A stretch of DNA of 64,000 nucleotides, taken from positions 4,096,001-4,160,000 of the forward strand of contig OZ245033.1 of assembly GCA_965224025.1 (NCBI GenBank), given 5' to 3'. Of the stretch, positions 59,572-64,000 are shown piece by piece. A model generated the notes under the pieces. That model did not search any database and was not told the DNA's origin. It was given only the letters and a program-made list of their open reading frames with translations. Both the position numbers and the translations under genes were made by a program. The DNA is from Candidatus Multivorans sp. Its GTDB lineage: Bacteria; Acidobacteriota; Thermoanaerobaculia; Multivoradales; Multivoraceae. Numbering within the stretch: the first letter of the stretch is position 1; every line of letters starts with the position of its first letter.

Positions 59572-59858
59572 AGACCGGGCGCAGCCCAGAACGTCGCAAT
59601 CGCGTTGAGCGGGGAACCGATGCCGCCCGGCACCCGGACCGGCGCCGCCGTGAGCAGGAAGTCCCACGGCCCGAGTCGGGCTGCCACCTCCCGGAAGGGA
59701 AAAAAACTCTAGCATCGCGCCGCGCCGGACGTGCTCTTTATGCTAGCCTGCCGCTCTTTAGGCAGTGGGTGCAGAGCTCACGCAGCGAACCAGGATGCGC
59801 CTGTCGTTCTCGAGCGTTGATTGATGTGGAACCCCGGAGCCGAGAACAGGAGCAGCAG

Positions 59859-60122
59859 ATGGCAACGAGAATCTATGTGGGCAACCTGCCCTTCGACACG
59901 ACGGAAGAGGCGGTGACCAACCTCTTCTCCTCACACGGCGAGGTTTCCGAAGTCTCGCTGATCAACGACCGCGAGACCGGTCGCCCGCGGGGTTTCGGTT
60001 TCGTCGAGATGGCGAGCGGCGGCCAGGAGGCGATTGCAGCGCTCGACCAGCAGCAGTTCGGCGGCCGGACCCTCCGCGTCAACGAGGCCAGACCCCGTGA
60101 GGAGCGCCGGCCCCGCTGGTAG
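59859..60122 (+). CDS. RRM RNA-binding protein
   Basis: IYVGNL (RNP2), RGFGFVEM (RNP1) and VNEARPR. Confidence 0.92.
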   Translation: MATRIYVGNLPFDTTEEAVTNLFSSHGEVSEVSLINDRETGRPRGFGFVEMASGGQEAIAALDQQQFGGRTLRVNEARPREERRPRW

Positions 60123-60130
60123 CGCGGCGC

Positions 60131-60859
60131 CTACATCACCGGGTTGTAGTACTGGGCCACGGCGAGATCGGGCTGAGGGGAGGCCTTCAGCTCGAGGATC
60201 TCGTCGCGCGCGCCGCCCTTGGTCATCTTGAAGGAGGCGTTCACGCGCTCCGGCGCGTCCCAGAGCACGACCGCGAACTCGCCGTTCTTCTCGATCGAGC
60301 CGGTCGCCGAGAAGTCGCCGTCCCCTGACGTGATGGTGACTTCGCCGCCGCCCTTGGCCGGCTTGCCCCGCTTGTCCTCGACCCGGCCTACAAGCACGGT
60401 ACGAACGCCTTCGGCCTCCATCGACTCACCCTCCCGGAAGAGGATCGGGTAGATCTGTTGGACTCCGTCGCGCCGCACCGCGACGCGCACGACCACGGAA
60501 CGGTAGCCGTTGCGCTCGAAAGTGATGCGCAGCACGATCCCTTCGTAGTCCTCGCGGCTGTAGATACGAGCCATGTTGCGCAGCACGTACAACCCGGTCT
60601 TGCGCCCCTTGGCGCGCAGCCTGTGCGCTGGCGCATTGTCGTTCTGCAACCAGATATCCACATCGGGCAGCGGATTGCCGCTCGAGTCGAGGATCCTGCC
60701 GAACACGCGCGTGTTGTCCCGGCCGCCAACCGCGCCGGTGACGTCGCCGCCACGCAGGTCGCCGCCCACGTTGACCGGGCCCGGGTCCTGGGCCGGCACC
60801 GGGCCGGCGACGAACAGCGTTGGAACGAGCAGCAGCGGAAACAGAAGTCTCTTCGTCAT
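60131..60859 (-). CDS. Secreted protein with carboxypeptidase-regulatory-like domains
   Basis: Signal peptide; GRILDSSGNPLPDV and GRVEDKRGKP repeats. Confidence 0.6.
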   Translation of the reverse strand: MTKRLLFPLLLVPTLFVAGPVPAQDPGPVNVGGDLRGGDVTGAVGGRDNTRVFGRILDSSGNPLPDVDIWLQNDNAPAHRLRAKGRKTGLYVLRNMARIYSREDYEGIVLRITFERNGYRSVVVRVAVRRDGVQQIYPILFREGESMEAEGVRTVLVGRVEDKRGKPAKGGGEVTITSGDGDFSATGSIEKNGEFAVVLWDAPERVNASFKMTKGGARDEILELKASPQPDLAVAQYYNPVM

Positions 60860-61012
60860 CTCGTGGCGCCTCCGAGGCGAGTGTCAGTGAGGGACGATAG
60901 CCGGCAATAGCAGGCAAGGGAGTCTATCAACGCGTCTGCCGAACATCACGACCAGGAAACGCGCCCCCACAAGGGCGGCCGGAGGCGTACCCGGCGACGT
61001 TAGGATGACCCC

Positions 61013-62395
61013 ATGCCGCCACCCGAACAGGATCCGGCTGCGCGGCCGCGGCTGCGGCAGATGCTGGCAGCGGCTGCGATCGGCGTCGCGGCGGCACTGC
61101 TCGTCCTCAGGTGGACGGCGCCCGACGAGCCCACGGCGATCGCAGATGATCCGGCCGGCGTCACCCCACCGCCCTTGCCGCCAAGGCCGGAACCGACGCC
61201 CATCGCGCCACTGCCGGCTCAGCTTAGCGAGGCGCTCGATCTGATGGCGGAAGGCAGACTGCGCGAGGCTCAGCGCCTGATGCTGGATTTCAGCCGCGGA
61301 CCGGGCGCCAAGGCGCTGCCGTCCGAGCATCGCGAAACAATGACGGCGATGCTCGCGAGGCTCGCGAACGACCGGGTCCTGGCCGCCGCCGTGGAACTGG
61401 AGAGGGGCTTCGAAGACGCGGACCTGTTCCGTCTGCGCCTCACGCTGGGCGCTCTGACGCGACGGCAGATGATCGGCCTGCGGCGTGATCCGCAAGCGGC
61501 TCGCCGCGTCAACGACGCGCGTCGGCTGGCAGCCGAAGTGGACGCGATCGAAGCCCGTCTGGGCAGCGACCGCCTGGCGGCCCTGCGTCTGGCTCTGGAC
61601 TTCCGGCGCCGCCACCCGCGGTTCGCAGCAGGCCTCGACTTCGAACGCCGCGCCGCCGCGACCATCGACGAAACGGCCGGTCGGTTGATCGCGGCGGACC
61701 GCCTCGACGAGGCGAGGGCACTGCTGGTGGAACTCAAGGCGCTGCGCGGCGCCCAGGCGGGCGAGAGCCCCGGCGTCGAGGCCAAGCTGGCAACCATCGA
61801 AGAGGCATTCCAGCGGCGCAACGATCTGGACGCCACGGTCCGCGAGATCGAGGCCCTGGGCTGGGAACGGCCGCACGAGGCGCTGGAGCTCCTGGCCGGG
61901 ATGGAGCGGACGCCGAAGAACCGTGACCGTTTCGCGCAGTTGGAATCGACCCTGACCATGCTGATGGAGGACCTCGACGAGAGTGAACCGGAAGTGGAGA
62001 TTCTGCTCCCGGGACGCCCGGCGGAGGCTCAGGTCGTGTACGAGAGGGACAAGGATGTCGTTGTACGGGTAAGCGCCAGGGACGACTACGAGGTGGTCTC
62101 GGTGCGGTTCTTCTGGCGCTGGTTCGACAACCACCGCACGGGTGACGTCGTCGAGGCGACCCTCCGGCCGGCGACCGGAACTCCGTCGGCGGAGTCGACG
62201 GCCGCGGCCGGCGCGAAGACAGCCGAGGTGGAGTTCGAAGCCACGATCACCGCCGCCGAACACCAGGGCAGGAACCTGCAGTTGTGGGCCGAGGCGGCGG
62301 ACCGCGGCGGGCGCGCCACAAGAAGCGCCGAAAGCGAACTGGCGCCGAAGAGGCGCGGCTTCCTTCGGCGCCTCGGCCTGCGCCGTGACGGATGA
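61013..62395 (+). CDS. Hypothetical membrane-anchored helical protein
   Basis: N-terminal TM, Pro linker, helical TPR-like region and C-terminal Ig-like beta region. Confidence 0.55.
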   Translation: MPPPEQDPAARPRLRQMLAAAAIGVAAALLVLRWTAPDEPTAIADDPAGVTPPPLPPRPEPTPIAPLPAQLSEALDLMAEGRLREAQRLMLDFSRGPGAKALPSEHRETMTAMLARLANDRVLAAAVELERGFEDADLFRLRLTLGALTRRQMIGLRRDPQAARRVNDARRLAAEVDAIEARLGSDRLAALRLALDFRRRHPRFAAGLDFERRAAATIDETAGRLIAADRLDEARALLVELKALRGAQAGESPGVEAKLATIEEAFQRRNDLDATVREIEALGWERPHEALELLAGMERTPKNRDRFAQLESTLTMLMEDLDESEPEVEILLPGRPAEAQVVYERDKDVVVRVSARDDYEVVSVRFFWRWFDNHRTGDVVEATLRPATGTPSAESTAAAGAKTAEVEFEATITAAEHQGRNLQLWAEAADRGGRATRSAESELAPKRRGFLRRLGLRRDG

Positions 62396-62517
62396 GCCGG
62401 GCCATAAGGCGCGGCTTCCTTCGGTGCCTCGGCCTGCGCCGTGACGGATGAGCCGCGCCACAAGGCGCGGCTTGCCGAGGCGGCTCGGGCTGCGCCGCGA
62501 CCGATGAGCCGCGCCAC
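62351..62517 (+). repeat. 56-bp tandem repeat, 3 units
   Basis: AGGCGCGGCTT... units start at 62351, 62407 and 62463; each contains GGCGCGGCT/AGCCG(C/G)GCC inverted arms. Confidence 0.85.
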
Positions 62518-62535
62518 TGGGAAGCCGTTGAGTTC

Positions 62536-63834
62536 ATGTCACTTAGCGGCGCCGTGGGCGCTGGTATGATGCCCCGCGTGTCGGACGGTTCCAGTACGGG
62601 CAACGGGGACTTTGAGGCGCCGGGCGCCCTGGCTGCGATCCCTCAACATCCGGTCGAGACGACGGACCGGGACTTTCTCGGTCTGGGCCTGGAACCGGCG
62701 GTTCTGGAGGTAGTAGCCCGTATCGGCTTCGAGCACCCGACTCCAATCCAGGCCGCGGTGATCCCGGACGCGATCGACGGCAAGGACCTGATCGGCCTCG
62801 CCGAAACCGGCTCGGGCAAGACGGCCGCCTTCGTGCTGCCGATCGTGCAGCGCCTGCGCCGCGGCAGCGGCGTGCGCGCCCTGATCGTCTCTCCAACCCG
62901 GGAGATCGCCCTGCAGACGAAGGCCTTCCTGGACCTGTTCCGCAAGAGCCGGCTGAGCGTGAACTCCGCCTGCCTGATCGGCGGCGTGAAGATCGGCCCG
63001 CAGTTCGACCAGTTGCGCACCGACCCCGACGTGCTCGTGGTCACGCCCGGACGGCTGCTGGACCACGTAGAGCGGCGCACGGCGAGCCTGAGTGGGGTCG
63101 AGGAACTGGTCCTGGACGAGGCCGACCACATGCTCGACCTCGGGTTCATGCCCCAGATTCAACGCATCGTGAGCCAACTGCCGAAGCAGCGGCACACGAT
63201 GCTCTTCTCGGCCACGATGCCGCCGCCCATCGAACGTCTGGCGCAGCGCTACATGAAGGATCCGCTGCGCATCGACCTGTCGCCGAAGGGGGCCGCGTCG
63301 GGGATCGAGCACCGGCTCTACCTGGTCGACGAGAGGGACAAGAAGCGCTGCGCCCTGGCCCTGCTCGACAAGGTGCCCGGTTCGACCCTGGCGTTCACCA
63401 AGCGCAGGTCGGACGCCGAGTGGCTCTGCCGGGTCCTGGAGCGCGGCGACCACAGCGTCGCGCGCATCCACTCCGACCGCTCGCAGAGCCACCGGGTCGC
63501 GGCTCTGGAGAGCTTCCGCGCCGGCCGCCACCGTATCCTCGTGGCGACGAACATCGCGGCCCGCGGCATCGACGTCCAAGGCATCGAGCACATCCTGAAC
63601 TACGACCTCCCCGACACGGCCGAGGACTACATCCACCGCGCCGGCCGCACTGCCCGCGGTGCCGCGGAAGGCGTCGTGTCGTCGATCGGAACCTGGCTCG
63701 ACAAGTCCCTGATCAGGCAGATCGAGACCGCGCTCGGACACCCTCTGCCCCGCTGCGAGGCGGAGGGCGTGGACCCCTACCGCGAGCTGCGTTCCCTCAA
63801 GGAGCGCCGCCGGCGTTCCATTCTGCGCCGGTAG
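62536..63834 (+). CDS. DEAD-box RNA helicase (RhlE-like; start uncertain)
   Basis: PTPIQ, AETGSGKT, PTRE, TPGR, DEAD, SAT, ARGID and HRAGRTAR. Confidence 0.92.
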   Translation: MSLSGAVGAGMMPRVSDGSSTGNGDFEAPGALAAIPQHPVETTDRDFLGLGLEPAVLEVVARIGFEHPTPIQAAVIPDAIDGKDLIGLAETGSGKTAAFVLPIVQRLRRGSGVRALIVSPTREIALQTKAFLDLFRKSRLSVNSACLIGGVKIGPQFDQLRTDPDVLVVTPGRLLDHVERRTASLSGVEELVLDEADHMLDLGFMPQIQRIVSQLPKQRHTMLFSATMPPPIERLAQRYMKDPLRIDLSPKGAASGIEHRLYLVDERDKKRCALALLDKVPGSTLAFTKRRSDAEWLCRVLERGDHSVARIHSDRSQSHRVAALESFRAGRHRILVATNIAARGIDVQGIEHILNYDLPDTAEDYIHRAGRTARGAAEGVVSSIGTWLDKSLIRQIETALGHPLPRCEAEGVDPYRELRSLKERRRRSILRR

Positions 63835-63855
63835 TCCCAGCGGCAGCAGCCGACC

Positions 63856-64000
63856 ATGATTCCCATCCCGGACCTTCTCAACCGGGCGCCCTTCCTCGGC
63901 ATCGACGAGAAGGCTCTGTCGGACCTGCTGGGTCTCGCCGTTCTCGGCCGCGAGGTCGGCACCGAGTTCCATGACCTGATGGCGGAAGCCGAGACGCCGG
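63856..64000 (+). CDS. Hypothetical protein (3' partial)
   Basis: ATG 21 nt after the helicase stop; MIPIPDLLNRAPFLGIDEKALSDLLGL... stays open to the window end. Confidence 0.5.
   Translation, partial: MIPIPDLLNRAPFLGIDEKALSDLLGLAVLGREVGTEFHDLMAEAETP

Noticed and set aside
62351-62517. Possible CRISPR array
   Set aside because: Units are contiguous with no unique spacers, only three copies, and no cas genes in the window.

Overview
High-GC (~70%), gene-dense bacterial chromosomal window with about 55 CDS and several pseudogene remnants. No rRNA, tRNA or CRISPR array was seen. GWxTD/VWA proteins, VWFA-type proteins, DUF1552/DUF1592 genes and TonB receptors suggest an Acidobacteriota-like organism, possibly host-associated (inference). 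Highlights: (1) a complete lysW-lysX-lysY-lysZ-lysJ-lysK amino-group-carrier operon preceded by a sigma70 promoter, a Lys/Arg-rich candidate leader peptide and an intrinsic terminator, i.e. a probable attenuator; (2) an orphan GrdB/PrdB-like reductase split by an in-frame UGA in a U-x-x-C motif with a SECIS-like hairpin, i.e. a probable selenoprotein, divergent from msrB; (3) a 1552-aa single-chain biotin-dependent carboxylase with the unusual order CTalpha-CTbeta-BC-BCCP; (4) two paralogous, divergent TonB-dependent receptors separated by a 149-bp MITE (TIRs plus target duplication) and a REP doublet; (5) a bacterial myo-inositol oxygenase, TA modules, tandem repeats and many gene remnants. 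All product calls come from motif recognition by eye; no database search was run.
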